IMG/VR virus record: IMGVR_UViG_3300048625_000166
DNA: 64,000 nt
Direction: 5' to 3' (one strand)
From: a virus
Taxonomy: Duplodnaviria > Heunggongvirae > Uroviricota > Caudoviricetes
Part shown: in pieces, positions 38,659 through 48,110 of the stretch
How positions within the stretch are numbered: the first letter of the stretch is position 1
How the letters are laid out: each line of letters begins with the position of its first letter
Made by a program: the position numbers and the translations under genes
Notes under the pieces: model-generated
Told to the model about the DNA's origin: nothing
The model's input: only the letters and a program-made list of their open reading frames with translations
The model's database searches: none

Positions 38659-38862
38659 ATGTCACTCGAAGATGTAGCTCTTGGAATTGTCAACCCATCA
38701 TTGCAAAATGGCGAAATGGCTGAATTCGATTATGGCACTTTGTTTTTGCACTGCACTGAAAAGACTAGTCGCAAAGTGTTCTCCGATCTGTTCATTGAAT
38801 TCAACGGTAAAGTAAAAATCTCTACTGTTGGTTACGAATACGCAATTGACTTCACCGCTTAA
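38659..38862 (+). CDS. hypothetical small protein
   Basis: ATG after GGAG RBS. Confidence 0.45.
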   Translation: MSLEDVALGIVNPSLQNGEMAEFDYGTLFLHCTEKTSRKVFSDLFIEFNGKVKISTVGYEYAIDFTA

Positions 38863-38871
38863 GGAATAATC

Positions 38872-39648
38872 ATGCCAGGTTTTATTGACGTTTCTCATAT
38901 GTCTAATGAAGATGTTCGTCGCATGGGTCATGCTGATGACTATGATGAAGAATACGTGCCTAGTAAACCATCGTATCCTACGTACACTCGTAGCACATAC
39001 ACTAACAAGCCTCGTGCTACTCGCCAAGTTGTCAGCCACAAAGCTGATGATGTATGGTCTGCCTCATGTGCGGCATTCCGTATCAACGGTTCATATGTCA
39101 AAGTCGCTGTGGTTGATGAACGTGGTCTTAAGACCAACCGTGCAATCATGGATGAACTCTTGCTGGATCCTACTAAGATCACCCAAGAAGATCGTGAACA
39201 AGGTGAAGCTGTTCGTCGTTATTTTAAAAGCCAGACCTTTAAGATTCTTGAAGGCAGAGACTTGAGCCAGTTTATGCGTAGTGCAATGGAGATTGCAGAG
39301 AAGGATAACATCGCTTCGGCGTATGATATCGCTGTGATCACCAGCTTGCCTGCCACTTATGTTAATGCGGCTAAGCGTGATGGCGTCGATAGTCGTATCA
39401 AGTGGGCGCGTGGTGGCTACATTGGTGATGTAGGTCACAAAGTCGAAACTAAGATTGAAATCGTTAAGCGCCTGTGGTCTGAAAAGTATTCCACTTGGTA
39501 TGTAACTGGTATCAATGAACAAGATCAAGTTGTTTTCTTTTCTTTTAAGAAACAAGTTGAAATTGGTGATACAATGACTATCGAAGGCAAAGTCAAATCA
39601 CAACGTGAAACTTCCACTCAACTCTCTCATGTAAAGGTGAAATCATGA
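38872..39648 (+). CDS. hypothetical protein
   Basis: 258 aa, AAGGA RBS. Confidence 0.5.
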   Translation: MPGFIDVSHMSNEDVRRMGHADDYDEEYVPSKPSYPTYTRSTYTNKPRATRQVVSHKADDVWSASCAAFRINGSYVKVAVVDERGLKTNRAIMDELLLDPTKITQEDREQGEAVRRYFKSQTFKILEGRDLSQFMRSAMEIAEKDNIASAYDIAVITSLPATYVNAAKRDGVDSRIKWARGGYIGDVGHKVETKIEIVKRLWSEKYSTWYVTGINEQDQVVFFSFKKQVEIGDTMTIEGKVKSQRETSTQLSHVKVKS

Positions 39649-39772
39649 AAAACTTTATTCTTGGTACTATTTTTGGCATCGTCATTGCTACTGTCGGATT
39701 CGGTGGCATCGCAAAAATGCTTGACAACGGCATCGAGAAAACAAAAACAATCGCAGTGGAGAGCGCAAAATG
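39645..39772 (+). CDS. small membrane protein (42 aa, not on track)
   Basis: ATGA coupled at both ends. Confidence 0.3.
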
Positions 39773-39985
39773 ATCTTCACTAAAGAACAAATTGCACAAG
39801 CACTTGATGCACTGCCAAAAGAAAATCGCCCAGTGATGACTGCGATCATTGGTCAACTTCAGGCTAAACTGTTCGAACTCAAGCACGAAGTAAGCACCGA
39901 TCCAATTAACAAGCCATTTGAATTGAATCCAAAGTTTGTTGCCAAGTGTGACGAAATCGGTCGTAGCCGTCGTCAATTTCAATAA
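39770..39985 (+). CDS. hypothetical small protein
   Basis: ATGA coupled. Confidence 0.4.
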   Translation: MIFTKEQIAQALDALPKENRPVMTAIIGQLQAKLFELKHEVSTDPINKPFELNPKFVAKCDEIGRSRRQFQ

Positions 39986-39993
39986 GGAGTTGA

Positions 39994-40236
39994 ATGATGA
40001 ACGAACACACAAAACTACTTATTATGAAGGCAGGTGGAATCATTTGTTCCACAGAAGCCACTGGTCACATTGACAAAATTGATTACTTACACTTTGATGC
40101 GGAAAAGTTCGCCGAGTTGCTTGTTAAGGAATGTGCGACCATAGACTTCACTGAAAAATCTAAAGGTAACTTCAATGCCCTGCAAACTAATTGGATTAGT
40201 AATATCATCATTGAACACTTTGAGGACGAAGAATGA
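39994..40236 (+). CDS. small protein, paralog family
   Basis: AGGAGTTGAATGATG junction in intergenic context; KFAELLVKECA...HFEDEE. Confidence 0.45.
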   Translation: MMNEHTKLLIMKAGGIICSTEATGHIDKIDYLHFDAEKFAELLVKECATIDFTEKSKGNFNALQTNWISNIIIEHFEDEE

Positions 40237-40595
40237 GAACACTTAATAAAACAGGCTTGCTAATTTGTTTAGCATTGGTGTCTGCATCGGCCTTGCTTAC
40301 TGGTTGCAATGAAAATCGTGACCGAACAGTGGGCAACGTTGAATACGAAATCAAAGCTGATGGATGTGTTGTCAAAGCTATTGACAACCCCAAAGGTCCT
40401 AACTTCTTCATTGCTAAGTGCCCAGCGGCTAGCGAAACAACTACTTACCAATACCAACAGGGTAAGACTACACGACCACTGGCAACAGTAGTCACAAGTG
40501 ACGACCTCCGCAATCAATTAGCTGAGGTTGAAGCAAAAGAAAAAGCCCTGTCTAAATTGACAGAAACAGAAAAGAAACTTCTAGGAGTACAATGA
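40233..40595 (+). CDS. lipoprotein
   Basis: Lipobox LLTGC. Confidence 0.5.
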   Translation: MRTLNKTGLLICLALVSASALLTGCNENRDRTVGNVEYEIKADGCVVKAIDNPKGPNFFIAKCPAASETTTYQYQQGKTTRPLATVVTSDDLRNQLAEVEAKEKALSKLTETEKKLLGVQ

Positions 40596-40747
40596 TGGAA
40601 ATCAAATGGTTTATGATTGCAATGTCAGTGATGTTCGGTGGTGGCATGGCTGCCGCTGGTATTGGTGAATATCAAAAAGGTCAGTGTAAGATTGCTTACG
40701 TGCAGTCGAACAAGACTGCCGAAGAAATCAATCGAATCTGTAAGTGA
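40595..40747 (+). CDS. small membrane protein (50 aa, not on track)
   Basis: TGATG coupled; MEIKWFMIAMSVMFGGGMAAAGIG. Confidence 0.3.
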   Translation: MEIKWFMIAMSVMFGGGMAAAGIGEYQKGQCKIAYVQSNKTAEEINRICK

Positions 40748-40755
40748 AGTGAATC

Positions 40756-41199
40756 ATGGGTCTAGATATGTACGCATACGTTGGTCGTGCTGGACAACGT
40801 GAGGAATACTGGGACCAGTATGGTGAAGATATTTCCGAGGATAAAAAAGTAAGTAAGCCTCAAGAACTTGCCTACTGGCGTAAACATCCCAATCTTCATG
40901 GTTGGATGGAACGACTTTGGTTGAGAAAGAATGGGTACGCACTTTCAGAAGATCAGCAGTTCATCGAAGGCAAGCAAGCGCCAGACTTCAACGGGGTTGA
41001 ACTTGAATTGACCTTTGACGATATTCTTGCACTTGAGCGTGATATCAATAATGGTAAGATGGCAAAGTTGGGTACTACTGGTTTCTTCTTTGGTAATCCT
41101 AGCGATGACCACTACAAAGAATATGACCTTAAGTTTTGCATTGATGCTAAGGCAGAATTGTTCCTTGGTCGTAAAGTTTTCTACAATTCAAGTTGGTAG
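40756..41199 (+). CDS. hypothetical protein
   Basis: 147 aa. Confidence 0.5.
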   Translation: MGLDMYAYVGRAGQREEYWDQYGEDISEDKKVSKPQELAYWRKHPNLHGWMERLWLRKNGYALSEDQQFIEGKQAPDFNGVELELTFDDILALERDINNGKMAKLGTTGFFFGNPSDDHYKEYDLKFCIDAKAELFLGRKVFYNSSW

Positions 41200-41226
41200 C
41201 AACTAAATACGCTACACAGGTGCGGC

Positions 41227-41433
41227 ATGCTTAAAAATATAATAATCACAATTCTCGGTCTTTTCATTGTAGTCTTTTGGCTAAAAGAAGAACCAGAGGA
41301 CATGGTGAGTGATGATCCAAATGATGTTACAATTGAATACAAATGTAACGAACTGGATACGTATGAAAGTGTGCCTGTCGAAGTCATCGAAGAATGCAAG
41401 AGTCGTGGCTTTGCTGTGCGCGATACTATTTGA
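41227..41433 (+). CDS. small membrane protein
   Basis: N-terminal TM, acidic tail. Confidence 0.4.
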   Translation: MLKNIIITILGLFIVVFWLKEEPEDMVSDDPNDVTIEYKCNELDTYESVPVEVIEECKSRGFAVRDTI

Positions 41434-41458
41434 CATACAACCATCAATCTGATATAAT
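41430..41458 (+). promoter_or_regulatory. sigma70-like promoter TTGACA-17-TATAAT
   Basis: Consensus hexamers, before ligase gene. Confidence 0.65.
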
Positions 41459-41482
41459 CTATCAATTGATTAGGAGAAACTA

Positions 41483-42832
41483 ATGTCCGCATCGTGGATT
41501 CAAAAACTGAATGAGTCTGATAGTCGTCTTCACAAAGAGGACGTACTGCAACAAGCACTCGAAGCCGCTACGCTCGGTAGCACAAATTCAATTACTTTCT
41601 TGAGCTATCTCAAGTCATGTTATAACCCATTCTTGACTTTTGGTGTCAAGCAGATTCCTGACACTGTTGGCATCACTGGTGCTGATAATCCCTGGAGTGA
41701 ATTCAATCAACTCATGATCGATCTTGGTCAACGCAAGTTGACTGGACACGCCGCACGTGATGCGATTCTAGAACTGTCAGAGCGTTTTGATTCGGAAGAA
41801 TGGAACACATTCCTTGCTCCGGTACTGCGCCGCGACATGCGTTGTGGTATCAGCGAGAAGACTATCAACAAAATCTGTAAAAAGACTGACTACGAAATCC
41901 CCGTGTTTGGTTGCCAACTAGCAACTAACTCGGAAGGTCGTCCTGAAATGAAGGGTATCAAACGACTTGAGCCTAAGTTGGATGGTGTTCGTGCCCTGTT
42001 CATGGTCATTCCAAGTGACGACGGTGAAGTGACTACAATCTGTTTCAGTCGCAATGGCAAACAGTTTGATAACTTTACTCACATTGAAGATCAACTTCGT
42101 ACTAACTTCATTAACATTGTTAATGCATGTAACGGCACTGATCAAGGTCGTGGACTAGTTCATGGCTTTGTTATGGATGGCGAAGTGATCGGCAATACAT
42201 TCCAAGAATTGATGCGCCAAGCTCGTCGCAAGAGTGACGTACAAGCTGATGATAGCGTATTCAATATCTTTGATATCGTACCACTAGCTGACTTCCGTCG
42301 TGGCTACTGGAATGCTCAACTTGAAAAGCGTATCAAGCTCCTCGAAGCTATGCGTACGGTGGTCGACGACATGCCTAACGTTGAACTGTTGCCTCATTTG
42401 ATGGTCGACTTGAGCACCGCAGAAGGCCAAGATCAATTGCATCGTTATGCTGTAGATCAAGTCAATGCTGGATTTGAAGGCATCATGATTAAAGAAATGC
42501 AATCCCCATATCAGTGCAAGCGTAGTACTGATTGGATGAAATGGAAGCCTACTATCACTGTTGACCTTGAAGTCATTGGCGTTGAAGAAGGTACTGGTCG
42601 TAACGTTGGTCGTCTTGGTGCACTTGTATGTGCAGGCATTGATGATGGCAAAGAGATTTTCGTAAACGTTGGTAGTGGTCTCAGTGATGCAGACCGAGAT
42701 GAATTCTGGGCCAATCGTAATGTAGTTATTGGTCGCACTGTTGAAATTTTATGTGATGTGATTACACAAAACCAAGATGGTACTTACAGCCTGCGTTTCC
42801 CTCGCTTTGTTCGCTTCCGTGATGACAAGTGA
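41483..42832 (+). CDS. ATP-dependent DNA ligase
   Basis: AGGAG RBS; adenylation motif KLDGVR; OB-fold C-terminus. Confidence 0.9.
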   Translation: MSASWIQKLNESDSRLHKEDVLQQALEAATLGSTNSITFLSYLKSCYNPFLTFGVKQIPDTVGITGADNPWSEFNQLMIDLGQRKLTGHAARDAILELSERFDSEEWNTFLAPVLRRDMRCGISEKTINKICKKTDYEIPVFGCQLATNSEGRPEMKGIKRLEPKLDGVRALFMVIPSDDGEVTTICFSRNGKQFDNFTHIEDQLRTNFINIVNACNGTDQGRGLVHGFVMDGEVIGNTFQELMRQARRKSDVQADDSVFNIFDIVPLADFRRGYWNAQLEKRIKLLEAMRTVVDDMPNVELLPHLMVDLSTAEGQDQLHRYAVDQVNAGFEGIMIKEMQSPYQCKRSTDWMKWKPTITVDLEVIGVEEGTGRNVGRLGALVCAGIDDGKEIFVNVGSGLSDADRDEFWANRNVVIGRTVEILCDVITQNQDGTYSLRFPRFVRFRDDK

Positions 42833-43146
42833 TGTTATACGTTGAATATAAATGGGCCAAACGCCCAGGACGCATGGGAATATTCCACAAGAGCAAACGA
42901 GTTGGCGTTAGGTCTAAGTTTGTTCGTGGAAGTCAACCAGGTCTAGCGCGTTGGAAGATTGCCAATCTAACAGACGAATACAAACCGCATGAATTCTTTG
43001 CTATTCTGAGTTTTGATAATCTCAGTAATTGGGTTGAGAATAGTCCGCAGTGTAATCCAAGACTACAAGCGGCCTACAATAAACATAGATTCATACGTGG
43101 CAATATTGCACATCGTTATATTAGACGACTGAGTGGTGAAGAATGA
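42832..43146 (+). CDS. hypothetical basic protein
   Basis: TGATG coupled (track start GTG). Confidence 0.4.
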   Translation: MLYVEYKWAKRPGRMGIFHKSKRVGVRSKFVRGSQPGLARWKIANLTDEYKPHEFFAILSFDNLSNWVENSPQCNPRLQAAYNKHRFIRGNIAHRYIRRLSGEE

Positions 43147-43268
43147 CATTAACTAAGATTGAATTAAACAAGGACAATCGCATGTTGCGTATTGGCTTTG
43201 GTAAGAATGACGGCAACTGGTTTGCCCGTGTTGACTTGTGGTGTGTGGGATTTAGGATCATACAATGA
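43143..43268 (+). CDS. hypothetical small protein (41 aa, not on track)
   Basis: ATGA coupled at both ends. Confidence 0.25.
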   Translation: MTLTKIELNKDNRMLRIGFGKNDGNWFARVDLWCVGFRIIQ

Positions 43269-43501
43269 ACGAACGAATTAAAGAACTTGCTGAACAGGCT
43301 TATGAACAACAGCCGCTGATGATTGCTAATCCCGAAACATTTGAAATTGAACATAAGATTGGCAACGGTGGAGTTCCTATATATCATAAAGTGTTTAACC
43401 AAGAAAAGTTCGCCGAGTTAATTGTTCGGGAATGTATTGCTCAATGTAATGATGGTGATAGTCGGTGGTTTATCGCACAACATTTTGGAATTGAAGAATG
43501 A
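43265..43501 (+). CDS. small protein, paralog family
   Basis: MNERIKELAEQA...FAELIVRECI...HFGIEE. Confidence 0.45.
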   Translation: MNERIKELAEQAYEQQPLMIANPETFEIEHKIGNGGVPIYHKVFNQEKFAELIVRECIAQCNDGDSRWFIAQHFGIEE

Positions 43502-43845
43502 ACGAACGAATTAAAGAACTAGTAAGACTAGTCCAATCCCTTAAAGATAGATTTTTTGTCAAGCGACCTGTAGATATACTACTAGGTGAGTATTGGGCAC
43601 AATTAGAAGAATTGTGGAAAAGTGAACTTATTAATCTGCCCAGGTGTGCCCCGGGTAAACTGTATTACGCCAGTGATATCATAAAATTTATAGAACAAGA
43701 TGTGGCACCAAAATATGGATTTAAATTAATCCGTAAACCAAATGAAACCCACAATGGGTTGTTGAAGGATATACCCTGTTACTGGATTAGATTCAATGAC
43801 CCCAAGAAGGTAACAAGATTTACAACAGAGTTCGGAGTTGAATGA
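43498..43845 (+). CDS. small protein sharing the MNERIKEL N-terminus only
   Basis: First 23 nt identical to paralog 5' ends. Confidence 0.45.
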   Translation: MNERIKELVRLVQSLKDRFFVKRPVDILLGEYWAQLEELWKSELINLPRCAPGKLYYASDIIKFIEQDVAPKYGFKLIRKPNETHNGLLKDIPCYWIRFNDPKKVTRFTTEFGVE

Positions 43846-44051
43846 TGAACGAGCAAACAAGAATTAAGTATTCGTATGTTTCTATTTTACCAGAAGAAAT
43901 GTCACCATATTCATCTGCGGTTAGAATAAGTCACAAGGATTCTACTGTTAAAGAATTGTTAGATCAGTTGTGTGTGAATAGTCAGATCAAAGATGAAAAT
44001 GGTAAAATTGTGAGCAGTATTTTCGATATCAATTACGAGGTTATTGAATGA
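43842..44051 (+). CDS. hypothetical small protein
   Basis: ATGA coupled. Confidence 0.4.
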   Translation: MMNEQTRIKYSYVSILPEEMSPYSSAVRISHKDSTVKELLDQLCVNSQIKDENGKIVSSIFDINYEVIE

Positions 44052-44305
44052 ACGAACGAATTAAAGAACTTGCTGAACAGGCTGGCTGTGGCTATTTGTA
44101 TGATTATTCAGCAGACGGACATGCAATGGTTTGTAATGTAAATGACATTGAAAAGTTTGCCGAGTTGCTTGTCAAGGAATGTGCTATGCTTGTCGAGGGA
44201 TTTATACTTGATCAAGAGGTAGCTCTTGACGAATATGTTGAATATGAAGCAAGTAGTGTACTTCGAGAACACTTTGAAATAAACAGTGAAAGTAAATCTA
44301 CATGA
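44048..44305 (+). CDS. small protein, paralog family
   Basis: MNERIKELAEQAG...KFAELLVKECA. Confidence 0.45.
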   Translation: MNERIKELAEQAGCGYLYDYSADGHAMVCNVNDIEKFAELLVKECAMLVEGFILDQEVALDEYVEYEASSVLREHFEINSESKST

Positions 44306-44499
44306 AAGAATCAGTAAGCCGTGAAGAACTCTCTGAAATTATCAACCGAGAGTTATTGGCATTTGTCGGGCATCCTAATACCGAAAAGACTAGACAAGCC
44401 ATCTTTGAAATGATATTATCTTTAGTTAATAGGTTTCCTGAGAAAATTGATTTGATTCAAGAAATCATACAAGAAGGAATGAAGAATGAATCCACATGA
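44302..44499 (+). CDS. hypothetical small protein
   Basis: ATGA coupled. Confidence 0.4.
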   Translation: MKESVSREELSEIINRELLAFVGHPNTEKTRQAIFEMILSLVNRFPEKIDLIQEIIQEGMKNEST

Positions 44500-44692
44500 T
44501 TTAGAGGGCAAGAAATATATATTTGAAGATGGTGCTGAAATATTCATTAAGCACGTAAAAGACGTTGATGCTGAACGCGGTACACTTCAGGTAACATATC
44601 TTGTCACAACTAGTCCTAGAAGCATACCTAGACAACTCATACTACCATGGCAAGAGTTTCAGGAGCACTATGGACACTTGTTTAAAGAATAA
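44486..44692 (+). CDS. hypothetical small protein
   Basis: 68 aa. Confidence 0.4.
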   Translation: MNPHDLEGKKYIFEDGAEIFIKHVKDVDAERGTLQVTYLVTTSPRSIPRQLILPWQEFQEHYGHLFKE

Positions 44693-44699
44693 ATATTAG

Positions 44700-46409
44700 A
44701 TGTATAAAAAAATCATAAATTTACCAAATCTAACTCTATTGGTCGCACTGTGTTTGAGTACAGTAGCGGCCTATTATAGTATTATTGGTTTAACTGCAAT
44801 TTTTGCAGGGGCAGTTATTCCAGTTATTATCATGGGTAGTATGCTCGAAGTGGCAAAGATTACTACCACTGTATGGCTACGCAAATACTGGAATCGTGCT
44901 GGCTGGGTCATCAAGATGTACCTTGTTCCTGCTGTTATTGCATTGGCTCTACTCACTTCGATGGGTATCTTTGGATTCTTGTCTAAAGCTCACTTAGATC
45001 AAAACATTGGATCTGGTGATGTACAAGCAAAAGTAGCATTGCTTGATGAAAAGATCAACATTCAACGTGACAACATTAAAGCTAGCAAAGCGGCACTAGC
45101 ACAAATGGATACCCAAGTCAATGATATCATGACTAAGGGTGATAGCGAACGCAGTGTTGAACGTTCCGTTATGATTCGCAAGCAACAAGCCAAAGAACGT
45201 GCTAGCTTGATGAAAGATATTGAAGTTGCCAATAAAGAGATTCAAGCTCTTAATGCAGAACGTGCGCCTATTGCAAGTGAACTCCGCAAAGTAGAAGCCG
45301 AAGTTGGCCCTATCAAGTATATTGCCGCCTTAATTTATGGTGACAATGCAGATCAAAACATGCTAGAGTCTGCCGTTCGTTGGGTTATCATTCTGTTAGT
45401 TGTTGTATTCGACCCACTTGCCATTGCACTTGTATTAGCTGGCAATCAAAGTAAAGAATGGAACGATGACGAACCTGAATACGAACCTGATAATGGTCCT
45501 ATTAATGAAGAAGCACTGGCATTATTACGTGCCAAAGTAGAACAAGATTTACCAACTGGTGAATTAATCACAAAGTCAGAATTGTTTCCTGATCCAGAAG
45601 AAGGTAACAAACTTATTGATGAACTCGAAAAAGAAGTACCAGAAGTTGTTCTTCCAAATGAACCAATGCAGTTTGTTGATTTTGGTGAGCATCCAAAAGA
45701 CTACGATGAAAATCAAGTTGAAGAACCTGTGGTTGAAGAAGAAAAATCTATTCTTGAACAACATCCATACTTGTTGAATGGGTTTGATCACTTCTCTAAT
45801 ACTACGCCAATTGTTCATAAGCCAGAGCCAAAGAAAGTTGACTTCACTCAAGGCAGATATGAAGTTAGCGATCCAGTCATGAGCTATAATATTGTCTTGC
45901 CAGAGCCAGCGATTGAACCAGCTCCAATGCCAGAGCCAACAAGTGAAGTGTTCGATAGACCAGGTGACTATATTGTTCCAGAAGACACTTCGGAACTTAT
46001 TACACCAGAAGTCAAACAACAATTTGTCGAAGAAGAAGATGGCTACGTGATCTATGACGGATTGCACATGAGTAAAGATGCCTTAAAAGGAATGCATCCA
46101 GAGTTGTTCACATTGAAAGCTGATGAAGGTCGACCAATTAAAACTAACTTTGGTATTGGTTTCCCATCACAAGCTGATAAAGGTGATATCTTTGTTCGTG
46201 TTGATATGCTACCAAATCGTGTGTACAAATTTGATGGACACGGCAAGTGGATAGAAGTCAACAAAGAAATCACTGACACATATCTACACAATCAAAAATA
46301 TCTACAACACCTTGTCAACATGATTGAACGTGGTCAATATGATGTAGAATTGCTTTCTGAAAATGAGAAGGCTGAGATTGAAGAATATCTACGCAAGCAA
46401 AATGGTTGA
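44700..46409 (+). CDS. large membrane protein with coiled-coil and acidic C-terminal region
   Basis: Four N-terminal TM helices, heptad region, PEP/EEE-rich segment. Confidence 0.55.
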   Translation: MYKKIINLPNLTLLVALCLSTVAAYYSIIGLTAIFAGAVIPVIIMGSMLEVAKITTTVWLRKYWNRAGWVIKMYLVPAVIALALLTSMGIFGFLSKAHLDQNIGSGDVQAKVALLDEKINIQRDNIKASKAALAQMDTQVNDIMTKGDSERSVERSVMIRKQQAKERASLMKDIEVANKEIQALNAERAPIASELRKVEAEVGPIKYIAALIYGDNADQNMLESAVRWVIILLVVVFDPLAIALVLAGNQSKEWNDDEPEYEPDNGPINEEALALLRAKVEQDLPTGELITKSELFPDPEEGNKLIDELEKEVPEVVLPNEPMQFVDFGEHPKDYDENQVEEPVVEEEKSILEQHPYLLNGFDHFSNTTPIVHKPEPKKVDFTQGRYEVSDPVMSYNIVLPEPAIEPAPMPEPTSEVFDRPGDYIVPEDTSELITPEVKQQFVEEEDGYVIYDGLHMSKDALKGMHPELFTLKADEGRPIKTNFGIGFPSQADKGDIFVRVDMLPNRVYKFDGHGKWIEVNKEITDTYLHNQKYLQHLVNMIERGQYDVELLSENEKAEIEEYLRKQNG

Positions 46410-46434
46410 CAGTAAATCACTTTGGTGATACACT
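46406..46434 (+). promoter_or_regulatory. sigma70-like promoter TTGACA-17-TACACT
   Basis: Before lipoprotein gene. Confidence 0.5.
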
Positions 46435-46463
46435 GCAATCATTCTTAACTAACGGAGTAATCC

Positions 46464-47096
46464 ATGAAATTTAAACTCTTTGCAATTGCCGCAGTTACGG
46501 CGTTAATGACTGGCTGTGGCACAACCAAGCTAACTGAGGATCCTATTCGCAGTCAGAAACTGTCCACTACTTTCGTTAACGAAAGCATCAAGCTGGAAAC
46601 TGATTGCAAGTGGTACACTATCAACAAAAGCGAGTGCAACATTGTTTCAATTGAATCTACTGGCGTAGCTACTACAAACGGTAACACTGAAAGCAATCGT
46701 CGTGTTGCCTTGATTCGTGCTGGTGACCGCGCACGTGCCGCCGTCCGCCACTTCATTCAAGAAGATGTGTCAAGCTCTCGTGTTAACCAGACGATTGCCA
46801 AGAACGTAGAGAAGGCAAATGATCGCCTCAAGTCTAAGATGGACGGTGTTGATCCAGTTTCTATGAGCGACGATGAAGCCTCCAAAGATACTAACTGGTC
46901 AATTCGTGAAAATGCAAACAATACTGCATATAGCTTGACTGAAACCATTCGTGTCAATGCCGCTGGTATCTTGAAGGGTTTCAAAGTTATCAAACAAGAA
47001 ATGGTCGGACCTCAAGAAGTCGCTGTTACTATTCGCTGGGACCTCGAATCTGAGCGTATGTCCAACCAACTGCGTCGAAAGTTTGACGGACGATGA
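46464..47096 (+). CDS. lipoprotein
   Basis: Lipobox LMTGC; GGAG RBS. Confidence 0.55.
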   Translation: MKFKLFAIAAVTALMTGCGTTKLTEDPIRSQKLSTTFVNESIKLETDCKWYTINKSECNIVSIESTGVATTNGNTESNRRVALIRAGDRARAAVRHFIQEDVSSSRVNQTIAKNVEKANDRLKSKMDGVDPVSMSDDEASKDTNWSIRENANNTAYSLTETIRVNAAGILKGFKVIKQEMVGPQEVAVTIRWDLESERMSNQLRRKFDGR

Positions 47097-48097
47097 AATA
47101 CATTCTAGCGATAGTTGTCTTACTACTCGCTGGATGTGCCACCACTACCAAGTCTGAATTCATTCGTACTACGGGTGAAGGCAACACGTTCGAGCAAGCC
47201 AAACTGGCTGCCTTTCGTGAAGCTATTCAGACTAAAGTAGGTGCCGTCGTCCTCAGTGAGCGTTTACACAACATTGAAAAAACAGTCCAGGACGATATCA
47301 CCGTTCATAGCTCTGGCTATGTAGATGACTATAAAGTTATCAATACGACAAACATCAGCGGCACATATCGTGTCACCGTAGATGTATTGGTAGCTGAAAG
47401 TAAGTTAGCTAATCAAATCCTAACAACCGCAAAAGCAGAAAAAGATTTTGCAGGTGACCGAGCAACTAATGCCTATTCTACATACATGAATCAAGCAAAC
47501 GATGCAGACAAAATTGTTGCACGAGTGCTTAGTGGATATCCACGACATGCTTTCATCCTTGAACAAGGCCCATATGTGATTGGTGTAGATCAGTATCGAT
47601 CTGGTAAAATCGTGCTACCATTCAAAGTTCGATGGAGTAAAGACTATCTGACCGCAGTGGATGAAATTGTTCATCGATATGAAGACAAGCGTGGCGTTGT
47701 TGACAAGATCATGTACAAACCAATGAACATTGTTGAATTTCATTCTAAAAATGATAACTACTTCGGCAAGAATTCAAAATATGAGATTGTTGATCAAAGA
47801 CTGCTAAATACCATTGTCAATAGCGTTTATGGCGCAAATGAAATGCGTATTCGTACCGATGTGTATGACGGCAATCACAATTCCATGTATACTACGTGCG
47901 TAGTGCCGTGGTGGCGTAATTACGGCAAACAATTCTTTTCATCGGACACGTATAACAATATTCTGTTTGATGGCAATCTGGAGCGTAGTGGTGAGTTAAC
48001 TCTTCCAGTGACTAATGCCAATTTACAGATGTACGCTAGAGCCGTGTCTATTGAGTTGTCAATTGTGGCAGTAAAAGATTGTCCACGAGAGCGTTAA
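47093..48097 (+). CDS. lipoprotein
   Basis: Lipobox LLAGC; ATGA coupled. Confidence 0.55.
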   Translation: MKYILAIVVLLLAGCATTTKSEFIRTTGEGNTFEQAKLAAFREAIQTKVGAVVLSERLHNIEKTVQDDITVHSSGYVDDYKVINTTNISGTYRVTVDVLVAESKLANQILTTAKAEKDFAGDRATNAYSTYMNQANDADKIVARVLSGYPRHAFILEQGPYVIGVDQYRSGKIVLPFKVRWSKDYLTAVDEIVHRYEDKRGVVDKIMYKPMNIVEFHSKNDNYFGKNSKYEIVDQRLLNTIVNSVYGANEMRIRTDVYDGNHNSMYTTCVVPWWRNYGKQFFSSDTYNNILFDGNLERSGELTLPVTNANLQMYARAVSIELSIVAVKDCPRER

Positions 48098-48110
48098 GAT
48101 AAATTAATAT

